Source of the DNA: Gemmatimonadota bacterium
GTDB taxonomy: Bacteria; Gemmatimonadota; Gemmatimonadetes; Gemmatimonadales; GWC2-71-9
DNA: 64,000 bases
Direction of reading: 5' to 3'
NCBI GenBank assembly: GCA_040388535.1
Contig: JAZKBR010000004.1
Coordinates: forward strand, 463,699 to 527,698
Under the pieces are notes generated by a model. It had not been told where the DNA came from, ran no database searches, and saw nothing but the letters and a program-made list of their open reading frames with translations. Made by a program: the position numbers and the translations under genes. Below, piece after piece: positions 1-10,000 of this stretch. Every line of letters starts with the position of its first letter. The stretch's first letter is position 1.

Positions 1-74
1 TCTCGGTGCCGCTGCTGGTGATGCGGAGGGTGGCGTAGGAGTCGACGCCTGCGCCCCCGGGACAAGCAAAGCAA

Positions 75-102
75 AGCGGGCGATGCAAGTGCATCGCCCG
101 CT
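75..102 (-). terminator. Rho-independent terminator downstream of the cupredoxin gene
   Basis: Perfect 12-bp stem AGCGGGCGATGC / GCATCGCCCGCT with a 4-nt loop. On the minus strand it is followed by TTTGCTTTG. It lies about 50 nt after the stop of the 151-615 (-) gene. Confidence 0.5.
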
Positions 103-150
103 CTGTTCGTTCAGATCCCCATTCGACCGCGCGAGCGCGGTCGCTACGGG

Positions 151-615
151 TTATTGAACGGTGATCATGCCGTGCATCCCCATCGCCATGTGCGGGGTGC
201 AGGTGAAGTGGTAGGCACCCACCGGCGCGCCAGCGAACGAAACGACGAGCGAATCGCCCGGCGCCGCGATCAGGGCAGACGAGAGCGGACCCATCTTGTC
301 GGCGATCGCCGCATCAAGAATGGCCTCTGCGCCAGCCGGAATGCTGTCGGACTTGAACGCCACGTTGTGCGGGCCGCCCGAGACGTTCTTGAACACCACC
401 ACATCGCCCGCCTTGATCGTCAGGTCGGCCGGCGAGAACTTGTAGGTGGTGCCTTCCTGCATCATCTGAACTTCATGCCGGGCGCCAGTCGCCGCCGCAG
501 CCGGAGCCGCCACAGGGGCCGCAGCCGTCGTGGTATCCGCCGAAGTTTCCTTCTTCTCACCGCCGCACGCCGCCAGCACCAGCGCGACACCGGCCACGAT
601 TGCAGAAACGCGCAT
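151..615 (-). CDS. Type-1 (blue) copper protein, plastocyanin/pseudoazurin-like, probable lipoprotein
   Basis: 154 aa. Signal peptide with lipobox (VALVLAACGG). Cupredoxin ligand pattern GGPHNVAF ... YHFTCTPHMAMGMHG (His, Cys-x2-His-x4-Met). Confidence 0.85.
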   Translation of the reverse strand: MRVSAIVAGVALVLAACGGEKKETSADTTTAAAPVAAPAAAATGARHEVQMMQEGTTYKFSPADLTIKAGDVVVFKNVSGGPHNVAFKSDSIPAGAEAILDAAIADKMGPLSSALIAAPGDSLVVSFAGAPVGAYHFTCTPHMAMGMHGMITVQ

Positions 616-820
616 TCTTGTCTTGCCTCATCCCTGGTGATGTTTGTCGTCGAAACTGCCCCCCGGCAGCACCGGCTCCCGTCCACCAGGATCTCGGGAA
701 GCTTCAAGAGTAATGCGTGGACGGGTCTCCGCGGTAGTCTGTCTGCTGGCAAATCCCGCCGAGGGCGCTAGTTTCCGGCCGCGCGCGCCCTGTTGACCGC
801 ACCTCCGCACCAGGAATCCG

Positions 821-1582
821 ATGGCTCCACCGCCCTGCCGACGCTTAGGCTCCCAATGCCGCACCCTCAAGGTCACTGCCCGGGCGGCCACGCTTGAGGG
901 CCAGGAGGACCACGATGCAACCTGGTTCTTCGGCCACACCGAGCGGCTTGAGTTCGGTCGGACCTTCGTGGATGATGGCGAGCTCTGGTGCGAGACGACG
1001 ATCTTCGTGCCCTGCAAGTATCTCGAGGCCGGCGCAGGCAGCGCGGTGCGGTGCGGCGCGCATGGCTTCACTGGGCGCGTTCCGGTGCCTCGTCGCACCG
1101 CGGCGCCGCGGCGACTCGGGAAGGACCGCTTCCGTATCGTGGAAAACCGGAAGCTGGTTACCCGCGTCATCCCGCCCCCGACGCCGGTCAAGCGGGCCCT
1201 CCCGCTCGCGCCCGATACCAACCCCTGCGCCAAGGCACCCTGCCGGACCGCCGATCATACGCGTCACGCGGCGTGCTGCCGCGACCTTAATGTCGAGATC
1301 CGCTGCACTACCGAGGAGACGATGCTCGAGGCGCTGCTGCGCAGCCGGAAGTCTCCTTACCTGTGCAAAGTGGAACGCGAGGACCCCGAGGAAGGGCTCG
1401 TGAGCGCCGAGATCATCTCGGCCTGCGATTATCTCAAGGAAGACGGCCTGCATTGCGACCTCCACGGCCGCACCCGAAGCAATGGCGAGCCGGCCAAGCC
1501 GCATATGTGTACACATTGGCCTGAAACAAGGACAGGTCTGCATCCGGGGTGCGCCTTCCGGAATCGACGACTTCCTCTGTAA
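821..1582 (+). CDS. Cys-rich protein, YkgJ-like (CxxCxxCC-type) putative Zn/Fe-chelating domain; start uncertain
   Basis: C-terminal half has HAACCRDLNVEI ... ACDYLKEDGLHCDLHG ... PHMCTHWP. This resembles the YkgJ/UPF0153 cysteine-cluster pattern. The competing antisense ORFs (628-1233, 845-2146) are Arg/Ala/Gly-rich and lack motifs. Confidence 0.4.
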   Translation: MAPPPCRRLGSQCRTLKVTARAATLEGQEDHDATWFFGHTERLEFGRTFVDDGELWCETTIFVPCKYLEAGAGSAVRCGAHGFTGRVPVPRRTAAPRRLGKDRFRIVENRKLVTRVIPPPTPVKRALPLAPDTNPCAKAPCRTADHTRHAACCRDLNVEIRCTTEETMLEALLRSRKSPYLCKVEREDPEEGLVSAEIISACDYLKEDGLHCDLHGRTRSNGEPAKPHMCTHWPETRTGLHPGCAFRNRRLPL

Positions 1583-1672
1583 GTTGTTGTAACGCAATAT
1601 TTTGGACTTGGGTGTGCATGCGGGCCCGGGGTGTGCGTCTACAGGGAAGCATCCCAGACCAAAGAGGACCCG

Positions 1673-2203
1673 ATGGCCTTCGATCTCGAAGGGCTCTACC
1701 GGACCACCTACGACGCCGTTGTTCGTTTCCTTTACCGCAAGGTATGGGACGCCGACCGCGCCGAAGATCTCGCGCAGGAAGTTTTCATGCGCGCCCTCGC
1801 CCATCAGCCAGAGAAGCCCCGATCCTGGGTCTTCGCCGTCGCCGCGAATATCGCCCGTGATGAAGCGCGTTCGGCGATTCGTCGTCGCAAACATCTGGTT
1901 CTGCTGACGCACGAGCCGATCGCCTCGCCGGCGCCACTCGACAATGTCGAAGAAGATCTGGAGCACGAGGAGCAGGAGAATGAAGTCAAGCGCGCACTGG
2001 CGACCCTGAGCCCGCGCGATCGCGAAGTACTGTTGCTGTGGGATGCTGGACTCGCGTACCCCGAAATCGCCGAGCAGACCGGTCTCGCGCTGGGCGCCGT
2101 GGGCACGACGCTGGCGCGGGCTCGCAAGCGCCTGATTGCCGCACACGATGAACTGGGATCGGAGACCGAACAGGAGCCTCGCCGTGCGTCCGCACGTCCC
2201 TGA
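1673..2203 (+). CDS. ECF-type RNA polymerase sigma-70 family factor
   Basis: Region 2 (DAEDLAQEVFMRAL) and region 4 HTH (LSPRDREVLLLWDAGLAYPEIAEQTGLALGAVGTTLARARKRL). Start placed at the MAFDLEG Met inside ORF 1631-2203. Confidence 0.85.
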   Translation: MAFDLEGLYRTTYDAVVRFLYRKVWDADRAEDLAQEVFMRALAHQPEKPRSWVFAVAANIARDEARSAIRRRKHLVLLTHEPIASPAPLDNVEEDLEHEEQENEVKRALATLSPRDREVLLLWDAGLAYPEIAEQTGLALGAVGTTLARARKRLIAAHDELGSETEQEPRRASARP

Positions 2204-3101
2204 AGAGGAATTCCACGCCTACGCCGACGGGGAACTGTCGCCGGCACAGCGTGCCGAGATTGCCGAGCACCTGCTCGCTTGCCTGATCTGTCGTTCGATG
2301 TACGGCGAGGTGCAGGAAGTGCGGGCGCGGACATCGCGCCTGCTTGCCATTGCATCACCACGCACGATCAAGCGCCCTGCCCTTCCCGGCCGGACCGCGA
2401 AGCCGGTTCGCACCTGGATGGGTGGAGTCGCCGCGGCGAGCGTCGCGGTAGTCGGTCTGAGCACCTACCTCGCCCTGCAGCCGGTGCCTGCTGCGACGTC
2501 GCCAACGCGGCTCGCTGCGGCATTCGTGGCCCCGGCACTCTTTGCCACCGCCGGTTCCGCCTCGGCCACTACTCCGACCGAGCCTGCGCCATTGACGGCT
2601 GAGCAGCGCACGATGACCCTCGCCTCGCGGGCCGTCATCCGGCCGCAGGTTGTCGGTCCGGCGCCAGCGATGCAGGTCGTTCGTCGCTTCCGCCCGGTAG
2701 AGCCGCTGGCAGAGATTGATCCGTCGACCGGCTGGGAGTCGCTTTCCTGGGACGCGGCCATGACACTCGCCCACGGCTCGATTGCCCGCCTCGAGGGGTA
2801 CGCCGTCGCGGCGGTACGGATCCAGCGGTCTGCCAGCGGCGGGCGGCCCACCTTCCTCGTGCGGCACCAGCTCCCCGACGGTCGCTCGCTCTGGGTGGTC
2901 GAAGGACAGGTGGATGAAGTCGGCCCGGTGCACCAGCTGCTTGAGGCGAGCGGTCTGTCGATGAGCATCCCGCTCCGCGCGAAGCCCGACTATGTCGGGA
3001 CCGATGAGGAGCCCAAGCGCACGATCCGGATGGTGACCATTGCGGGCTACCTGCCGAGCGACTCGCTGAATGCGATGATGGGGAAGCTGACGCTGCAGTA
3101 A
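2184..3101 (+). CDS. Anti-sigma factor (zf-HC2 type N-terminus, one TM helix, extracytoplasmic domain)
   Basis: N-terminus HAYADGELSPAQRAEIAEHLLACLICRSMYGE (H-x3-C-x2-C anti-sigma zinc motif). TM segment GGVAAASVAVVGLSTYLAL. Overlaps the 3' end of the sigma gene. The start could be GTG 2184 or ATG 2136/2148 and is not resolved. Confidence 0.65.
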   Translation: MRPHVPEEEFHAYADGELSPAQRAEIAEHLLACLICRSMYGEVQEVRARTSRLLAIASPRTIKRPALPGRTAKPVRTWMGGVAAASVAVVGLSTYLALQPVPAATSPTRLAAAFVAPALFATAGSASATTPTEPAPLTAEQRTMTLASRAVIRPQVVGPAPAMQVVRRFRPVEPLAEIDPSTGWESLSWDAAMTLAHGSIARLEGYAVAAVRIQRSASGGRPTFLVRHQLPDGRSLWVVEGQVDEVGPVHQLLEASGLSMSIPLRAKPDYVGTDEEPKRTIRMVTIAGYLPSDSLNAMMGKLTLQ

Positions 3102-3110
3102 CAACAGGGT

Positions 3111-3262
3111 GATGGATGACAGAAGGATGATGGATGACAGATGACAGATGATGGATGTGTGAAGGGCCGGCTTCCCAAAGAGGAGCCGGCCCTTCCAGTT
3201 TGTATCCATCATCCATCATCCATCATCCATCATCCATCATCCATCATCCGTCATCCGTCATC
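3111..3262. repeat. Nested palindromic intergenic element, copy A: heptad array - GC hairpin - inverted heptad array
   Basis: Left arm 3111-3157 is made of GATGGAT/GATGACA/GATGATG heptads. The core hairpin is at 3161-3195. Right arm 3204-3262 is (ATCCATC)5(ATCCGTC)2, the reverse complement of the left-arm heptads. It fills the gap between the convergent anti-sigma and actF genes. Confidence 0.8.
3161..3195. terminator. Bidirectional terminator hairpin (core of element A)
   Basis: Perfect 11-bp stem GAAGGGCCGGC / GCCGGCCCTTC with a 13-nt loop, between two convergent stop codons (3101 and 3273). Confidence 0.6.
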
Positions 3263-3272
3263 TACTTGTCAG

Positions 3273-4544
3273 CTAGTGCGCCGCTTCCTTCTGCAGCGTG
3301 ATCAACGCCAGTCGCGGGGAGACCATCGGATAGGTGCGAGCGAACCAGCCAATGCAGGCGATGAAGAGCCCGAGGAAGGTCAGCGTGGGGCCGATTTCCG
3401 GGAGCCCGAAGACCGGCCCTGCTTCGGCGGTCACCGACGGCATCACCAGCAGATAGCGCTCGAGCCAGAGGGCGCAGAGCGAGATCGTGGCGAAGGCGCC
3501 GAAAATCGCCGGCGTCTTCTTGGGGCCAACGCCGAGCAGGCCGGTGAACGGAAGCACGAACATCCCCAGGAAGACCGCGCTGCCAACGACCCGCCACGGG
3601 CCCCAGAGACGCGCGAAGACGAAGCCCGTCTCTTCCGGCAGGTTGCCGTACCAGATCACCAGGAACTGGGCCCACATCAGGTAGGTCCAGAAGACGGTGA
3701 AGCCGAAACAGAGCTTGCCGAGGTCGTGGCGCTGCTTCGGCGAGATGAACTCACCGAGCTTGGCGCCGTTGTTCCGCGCAAAGATCACCATCAGGCCCAG
3801 AAGCATATGGGCGCCCAGGAACGACCCCATGAAGAACCAGCCACCGAGCAGGTTGGAGAACCAGTGCGGCTGCAGCGACATGATGCCGTCGAATGCCACG
3901 ATGGTGAAGACCAGGGCATAGACCGCTGCGAAGATCGCCGCCAGCCGGTAGATGCGGGTATGGTTCTCGGCCTCGTTGTACCCGGCAAGCATCCGTTCGT
4001 AGCGAGCCTTGCGACCATCACTGACCTTTTCCTTGGCCAGCACGAGGTCCGGAAGCATGTCGCTCCGGATCAGGCGAATGCCGAGGTAATAGAGGACGCC
4101 GAGGCCAATGAAGAGCCGCGCCGCCATCCAGCTCTTCGAGAGCCAGAGGGCCTTGCCCGGCGACACGCCGTGCAGTGCCGCCTGCATGTTGCCGTAGATG
4201 TCCTGGTAGCCGAAGGTGAAGATCAGCGCGAGGCCGATGAGCGAAACCGGGATGAAACCCGACACCGCCTGCGACAACCGCAGGATCACACCCGACCACT
4301 TGGCATTGGCGATCTTGTAAACGGCCGTGATGGCGATCGATCCGCCGGTCAGCGACGTGAAGAAGAGCCAGTTGACGTGGAAGGTCTGCCAGGCGCGATG
4401 ACTTCCTTCGCCCATGAGCGCCATCACGAAGAGCACGATACCGACCAGCGCAATCCCGCCACCGATCGTCAGGAAGGAGCCGTAATCGCTGTTGACACTC
4501 TTCTCAGCGAGGCGGTCTTCTACCACGGAAAAATCGGTCGCCAT
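3273..4544 (-). CDS. actF: Alternative Complex III subunit ActF (NrfD/PsrC-like polytopic membrane protein)
   Basis: 423 aa with about 10 hydrophobic helices. It is a paralogue-like second NrfD-type subunit at the 3' end of the act operon. Its start overlaps the actE stop by 1 nt. Confidence 0.8.
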   Translation of the reverse strand: MATDFSVVEDRLAEKSVNSDYGSFLTIGGGIALVGIVLFVMALMGEGSHRAWQTFHVNWLFFTSLTGGSIAITAVYKIANAKWSGVILRLSQAVSGFIPVSLIGLALIFTFGYQDIYGNMQAALHGVSPGKALWLSKSWMAARLFIGLGVLYYLGIRLIRSDMLPDLVLAKEKVSDGRKARYERMLAGYNEAENHTRIYRLAAIFAAVYALVFTIVAFDGIMSLQPHWFSNLLGGWFFMGSFLGAHMLLGLMVIFARNNGAKLGEFISPKQRHDLGKLCFGFTVFWTYLMWAQFLVIWYGNLPEETGFVFARLWGPWRVVGSAVFLGMFVLPFTGLLGVGPKKTPAIFGAFATISLCALWLERYLLVMPSVTAEAGPVFGLPEIGPTLTFLGLFIACIGWFARTYPMVSPRLALITLQKEAAH

Positions 4545-5146
4545 CAGCGGGCTCCCCCGGCGGCAGGTGGCAAGGGCGACTTCGCCTGGAGCGAGCGCAC
4601 ATAGTCAACGACGGCCCAGCGCTCGTCCTGACGGACGATCTTGTCGCCATACTGCGGCATACCGGCGCGGCCATAACGAATGATGCTGTAGAGGTAGCCA
4701 TCACCCCAGTGACGCGCACTCGCCGTCATCAGGGATGGGGCACCATTGTACGGCGTCACGGTACCGTCGCCAGCACCCTGATAGCCGTGACACATCGAGC
4801 AGTAGGTGTCGAAGAGCTCTTCCCCGCTCCGCGCGCCGACCTTGGCGGGCGTGGTGGGATGCTGCAACGCGTTCGCCACCAGGGTATCGAAGCCGTAGAC
4901 CGGGAAGGCCGCCGTCGGATCTCCGACGCGCCAGTCGCGCTCCCCACCGCCGAGTGGGACCACGTGGGCGGGCGTGTTGCGCGGGATGTCGAACCGCTGA
5001 TACGGGTGGACGCCCTTGGAGAGAATCATGTGGTCGAACCACGGCACCCGGTGCATGAGGTCGTCGGGGGACGGCACTTCGTTGTACCAGAAGTTGCAGC
5101 CACCGAGCGCCAGCAGCACCATCGCAGACATTGCCTTACGCATCAC
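4544..5146 (-). CDS. actE: Alternative Complex III subunit ActE (monohaem cytochrome c lipoprotein)
   Basis: Lipobox LLALGGC. Single CSMCH haem motif followed by GYQGAGDG. Position is between actD and actF. Confidence 0.8.
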   Translation of the reverse strand: MMRKAMSAMVLLALGGCNFWYNEVPSPDDLMHRVPWFDHMILSKGVHPYQRFDIPRNTPAHVVPLGGGERDWRVGDPTAAFPVYGFDTLVANALQHPTTPAKVGARSGEELFDTYCSMCHGYQGAGDGTVTPYNGAPSLMTASARHWGDGYLYSIIRYGRAGMPQYGDKIVRQDERWAVVDYVRSLQAKSPLPPAAGGAR

Positions 5147-5648
5147 GGAGCACCTCCACCGAGCCAGCCGCCGTCAGCATCCCGGCCACGGCGGCGGCCT
5201 GATCGGCACCGCAGGGGACGAAGACCCCAATCAGGTCGTCGCTGTACTTGGGATGATACGGACGGCCCTTGAGCGAGCGGCGCATCGAGAGAATGATGAT
5301 GCCGGCGATGGTCGAGAGCGCACCCACGAGAATCGTGAGTTCGAACCCGAGCACCACGAAGGCCGGAATCGCCGCGATCGGCTTGCCACCAACCAGCAGT
5401 GGCCATTCGCGCGCCATCCAGATCGTCATCGAGAAACCAGCGGTGCAGCCGGTCAGGCCACCGATGAGCGTCCACATCCGGACCGGCGAGATCGGATCGC
5501 CGAGCGCAGCTTCGAGCTCGTGATTCGGCGCAGCCGAATAGACGGTGAGGTCGGTATGCCCCTCGGCCTTGAGGCCGCGGATCGCATCACACGCCGCATC
5601 GATGTGCTGGAACGACCCGAGCACTCCGGGTACGGTCTTCGCCGCCAT
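5136..5648 (-). CDS. actD: Alternative Complex III subunit ActD (small membrane subunit)
   Basis: 170 aa starting MAAKTVPGVLGSF. Two TM helices. Its ATG overlaps the actC stop (ATGA). The longer 308-aa ORF in the track is an upstream artefact. Confidence 0.8.
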   Translation of the reverse strand: MAAKTVPGVLGSFQHIDAACDAIRGLKAEGHTDLTVYSAAPNHELEAALGDPISPVRMWTLIGGLTGCTAGFSMTIWMAREWPLLVGGKPIAAIPAFVVLGFELTILVGALSTIAGIIILSMRRSLKGRPYHPKYSDDLIGVFVPCGADQAAAVAGMLTAAGSVEVLRDA

Positions 5649-7006
5649 CAGTGTGCCCCCCCGTGGGAGTTCCGGCGCGGCATCGGGATCAGTTCCTTCA
5701 GCTCCTGGATCGCCACGATGGGGAAGTTCTTGTAGAACAGCGTGAACCAGAGCCCGAACCAGCCAAACGATCCGGCGAGCATGGACCAGTCGGCCCACGT
5801 CGGGTTCATCTGGCCCCACGCGAACGGCATGTAGTCGTTCGAGAGGGACGAGACGACGATGACGTAGCGCTCGAACCACATCCCGATGTTGATGAAGATC
5901 GAGATCACGAACAGCGAGGTCATGTTGGTTCGGATCTTCCGGAACCAGAGCAACTGCGACACGAACGCGTTGCAGGTGATCATCGTCCAGCCGGCCCACC
6001 ACATCGGGCCAAACGCGCGCCGGTAGAAGGTGACCTGTTCGAACGGCGATCCGGAGTACCACGCCACGAAGTATTCCATCGCGTAGGCGTAGAAGAGGAT
6101 CGACCCCGTGAACAGCGTCAGCTTGCCGAGGTTATCGAAATGGTAGTCGGTGATCATGTGCTCGAACTTGAGCACCTTGCGCAGCGGCACTACCAGCGTG
6201 AACACCATGCCGATGCCGGAATAGATCGCGCCGGCGACGAAGTACGGCGCGAAGATGGTGCCGTGCCAGCCCGGGACGATCGATGAGGCGAAGTCCCACG
6301 AAACGACGGAGTGGACCGAGAGCACCAGCGGCGTCGCGAGGGCGGCGAGGTAGAGATAGGCGCGGGTGTAGTGGCGCCACTGCGAATCGGCGCCGGTCCA
6401 GCCCAGCGAGAGCGCGCCATAGACCTTCTTCTTCCAGCCGCTGACATTGTCGCGAATGGCGGCGATGTCGGGGACTAGCCCGACCATCAGGAAGGTGCTC
6501 GACACCGTCAGGTAGGTCGAGATGGCGAAGACGTCCCACATCAGCGGCGACTTGAAGTTCGGCCAGAGGTAGCGCTGGTTGGGGTACGGAATCAGCCAGT
6601 AGAAGACCCACTCGCGACCGATATGGATGATCGGAAAGAGCGCGGCCGTCATGACGGCGAAGACCGTCATCGCTTCCGTTGCGCGGTACACCGCGGTGCG
6701 CCAGGGCGAGCGGAACAGGAAGAGAATCGCCGAGATCAGCGTGCCCGCGTGACCGATACCGACCCAGAATACGAAGGTCGTGATGTAGACCGACCACATG
6801 ATCGGCGGCGCGTAGCCGGCCAACCCGAGGCCGTACTTGAGCTCGGCCGTGACGGTGGCGAACATCACCAGGGTGAGGAAGGCCATCGTCGCGACCAGGA
6901 AGTAGTACCCCTTGGTCGGCTTGTCGGTGATCGACTTCAGGACGTCGCGGGTGACCTCACCGTGCGTCTGGGTCGGAATGCTCGGATCGTGCGCGATGAC
7001 GGCCAT
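5648..7006 (-). CDS. actC: Alternative Complex III subunit ActC (NrfD/PsrC-family quinol-interacting membrane subunit)
   Basis: 452 aa polytopic protein with a polysulfide-reductase NrfD-like profile, immediately downstream of actB. Confidence 0.9.
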   Translation of the reverse strand: MAVIAHDPSIPTQTHGEVTRDVLKSITDKPTKGYYFLVATMAFLTLVMFATVTAELKYGLGLAGYAPPIMWSVYITTFVFWVGIGHAGTLISAILFLFRSPWRTAVYRATEAMTVFAVMTAALFPIIHIGREWVFYWLIPYPNQRYLWPNFKSPLMWDVFAISTYLTVSSTFLMVGLVPDIAAIRDNVSGWKKKVYGALSLGWTGADSQWRHYTRAYLYLAALATPLVLSVHSVVSWDFASSIVPGWHGTIFAPYFVAGAIYSGIGMVFTLVVPLRKVLKFEHMITDYHFDNLGKLTLFTGSILFYAYAMEYFVAWYSGSPFEQVTFYRRAFGPMWWAGWTMITCNAFVSQLLWFRKIRTNMTSLFVISIFINIGMWFERYVIVVSSLSNDYMPFAWGQMNPTWADWSMLAGSFGWFGLWFTLFYKNFPIVAIQELKELIPMPRRNSHGGAH

Positions 7007-7007
7007 C

Positions 7008-10000
7008 TCAGTGCTCCCCCGCCGGCGCGTGCGCAGCTGCCGGCTCGCGGTGGAGTACCTTGGCCAGATAGGTGACCGCTGGCCGGACGTTGGTCTCTTC
7101 GAGCATCACATATCCTCGCGGGTCACGCTTCCACTTCACGACCTTGGCCTCGGGGTCCTTCACGTTGCCGAACGCCAGGGCGCCCGACGGGCAGGCCTGG
7201 GCGCAGGCGGGCTGTACTTCCTTCTCCGTCGGGTCGCGATCCTCGAGCTTTGCCGTGTTCTGCGCACCGCGAATTCGCTGGACGCAGAAGGTGCACTTCT
7301 CCATCACCCCTCGCGCGCGCACCGTGACTTCCGGATTGAGCTGAAGGTTGAGCGGCTCCGGCCACGCGAATTCACTGTAGCGCGACCAGTTGAAGTAGCG
7401 AACCTTGAACGGACAGTTGTTGCTGCAATAGCGAGTGCCGACGCAACGGTTGTAGACCTGGCCGTTGAGTCCGTCGGGCGTGTGGTACGACGCGTAGACC
7501 GGACAGACCGGTTCACACGGCGCGTTGTCGCAATGCTGGCACATCACCGGCGCGAAGCGGGCCTCGAGCGGCTCACCATTCTCGCCGCCCTCCCAGTAGC
7601 GCTCGATGCGGACCCAGCTGAGTTCACGACCCTTCAGCACGGCCTCTTCGCCGACGGTCGCGATGTTGTTCTCGGCGTAGCAGGCGGTCACGCAGGCCGA
7701 GCAGCCAGTGCAACGCGACAGATCCACCGCCATCCCCCACTTCGGATGCGGATCGGCGTAGTTGCCGAGCTTGGTGCGCTCGGTCTGGCTCTCGTACCAG
7801 CCCGCGATCGCCTCGGCTTCCTTCTCGGTGTTCACTTCGTGCGCCGGATGCCCTTCGGCCTTGATCGCCTCTTCCGGCGTCATCCCCTTCGCTGCATAGG
7901 CAAGCGGCATCGCTTCGATGATGCCACGGCCGAGCTGTCGCGGGTTCCCTTCGGTCTTGGACACCTTGCGGTAGTCGCCGGTCGTCTTGACCGACACCTT
8001 GGTGCTCACGTACGGGAGGAATCCCTGTCCGTCGGCTGCGCCAAGGAGGTCGACGGCGTTGACACCGCGGCCCTTGGCGTAGCGGCCGTATTCGGTGTGG
8101 CCGAGTCCGAGCGGCATCGCGAGTACATCCTCGCGGATGCCGGGATAGACCAGCACCTGCGCCCGGATGGTCCCGTGCGGTGAAGTGAGCTCGACGATTT
8201 CGCCCTCGCGCACGTCGATCTTCTTTGCGGTTTCCGGATTCACTTCAACCCACGACTGCCAGGTGATCTTGGTGATCGGGTCCGGGTTCTCGAGCAGCCA
8301 CGGCTTGTTGGTCCCGCGGCCATCGTGGTACATCGAGCTCGGATACGGCAGGAAGACGAACTCGCCGGTGCCATCGAAGGTCGGAACCGTGACGCTCACC
8401 GTTGCCGCCGACGACGCCATCGTGACCGTGGTCGTGGGTGAAGCGCCGAAGAGCCCGCCACGCCCGAGCGATTCACGCCAGTAGGTGTCGAAGTCGCCGG
8501 CGGGTGAGCTCTTCTGCCACTCGCGCTTGAGGTGCTCCTCGAAGCTCGGGGCGTTGAAGCCCGCGAAGGGGCCCCCGGCGAGCTGCGCGGCCTTGAGCAG
8601 CAGGTCGCCGGTGTGCATCGCCGCAAAGACCGGTTCAACCGTCGGCTGCAGCAGCCCGGTGACACCAGCGCGCGGACGGAGATCGTCCCAGCGCTCGAGG
8701 GCGTGAAGATTGGGGAGGATCAGATCACACGCGGCCGCCGTCTCATCGAGGACGGACGCGGTCGAGATCTTGAACGGCACCTTGGCCATCGCCTCGGCGA
8801 ACTTGCCGCTCTTCGGCAGGGCGTAGAGTGGATTCGCTTCGTGGACGAGGAGCACCTGCACCTGGCCACCGCGCATCGATTCGAACAGAGCCGCGACGTC
8901 GCCATATCCGGACGCGGTCGCCGGAGCAGCGGAGGCCGCTGCGAAAAGCACCGTCTTGCCGACGTTGCCCGCGGCCTCGTTGAGCAGGTTCACTGCGTGG
9001 CAGAGATCGATCGCGCCGCGATGCTGGGCTGCGACGCCACCAGCGACCGCGAGTGACGGGGTGGCGGCGGCAAAGGCCTCACCCATCGCGGTCAGTTGTG
9101 CAGCCGAGAGCCCGGTCGCCTTGGCAGCCTGTTCCGGTGCATATGCGGCAAGCGATCCGGCGAGCGCGCCGCCCTTTCGTGCGGCGACGACCTGGGCCAT
9201 TGCGAGTGCCACCATCACCTCGCTGCCGGCCGGGACATTCATCCACTCATCGGCATTCGCGCCGGTGAGCGACATCCGGGGACCGACGTACACATGCTTC
9301 GCCATGGTGCCGTCGTGGAAGCCGTGTGATTCGGCGAAGCCACGCTGCTGCTCGACGACCGCACCCCACGTTTCGAGGAAGTCGGCGCCGAACGACACGA
9401 TGTGCTTCGCGCTGGCGAAGTCATACACCGGCAGGTCGGAGCGTCCCCACGTCTTCTCGTTGGCCTTGCGTTCCGCGTCGCGACCGAAGGCCTCCCAATA
9501 GACGACCTTGCCGCCTGCCGCGCCGATAAAATCGGTGAGCAGGGTGGAAAACGTCGAGGGACCGTAGCCGTTGATCGCCGCAACCTTGCCCGACGCTGCA
9601 CCGACCTTGGCCGCGACACGCGCGGCAGCATCGTTCCACGAAATCTTGTCGAATCCGCCGGCGGCATTGCGCGCGAGCGGTCCGGCGAGGCGGTCGGGAT
9701 TGTAGAGCCCCTGCAGGCCTGCCTGGCCACGGCTGCAGAGCGTCCCGGCGTTGATCGGGTGCTCGGCGAGTCCTTCCAGCTTGATGGGGCGGGCTTCGCG
9801 GGTCTTCACGGCGATGCCACACCCGGTGCTGCACTCGGTGCAGGTGCTGGCATACCAGGTCGCCACGCCGGGCACCTGCTGCTCGGACTGGACCAGGTAA
9901 GGCACCAGCTTGGCGACCTTGTCAGTCGAGCAGCCCGAGAGGGCGGCTGCGCCAGCACCGGTCACGCCGAGCACCTTGAGGAACTTCCGTCGATCGACGC

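Noticed and set aside
1-150. Partial ORF at the left edge (minus-strand frame ...GAGVDSYATLRITSSGTE)
   Set aside because: It is too short, has no credible start or signal peptide, and has no recognisable motif. The only in-frame ATG lies within the terminator hairpin.
1583-1672. Possible autoregulated ECF promoter (GTAAC...CGTC) in the AT-richer patch upstream of the sigma gene
   Set aside because: The AAC and CGT elements are not separated by the 16-17 nt expected for ECF promoters. The call could not be supported from sequence alone.
3111-3262. Possible CRISPR array or minisatellite-encoded peptide
   Set aside because: The period is only 7 nt with no spacers. The two arms are inverted copies around a hairpin. 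No cas genes are present.
3141-4604. 487-aa plus-strand ORF beginning with repetitive HHPSSIIHHPSSII
   Set aside because: The repetitive peptide is simply the translation of the ATCCATC heptad array. The rest is antisense to actF, which has a convincing polytopic NrfD-like sequence.
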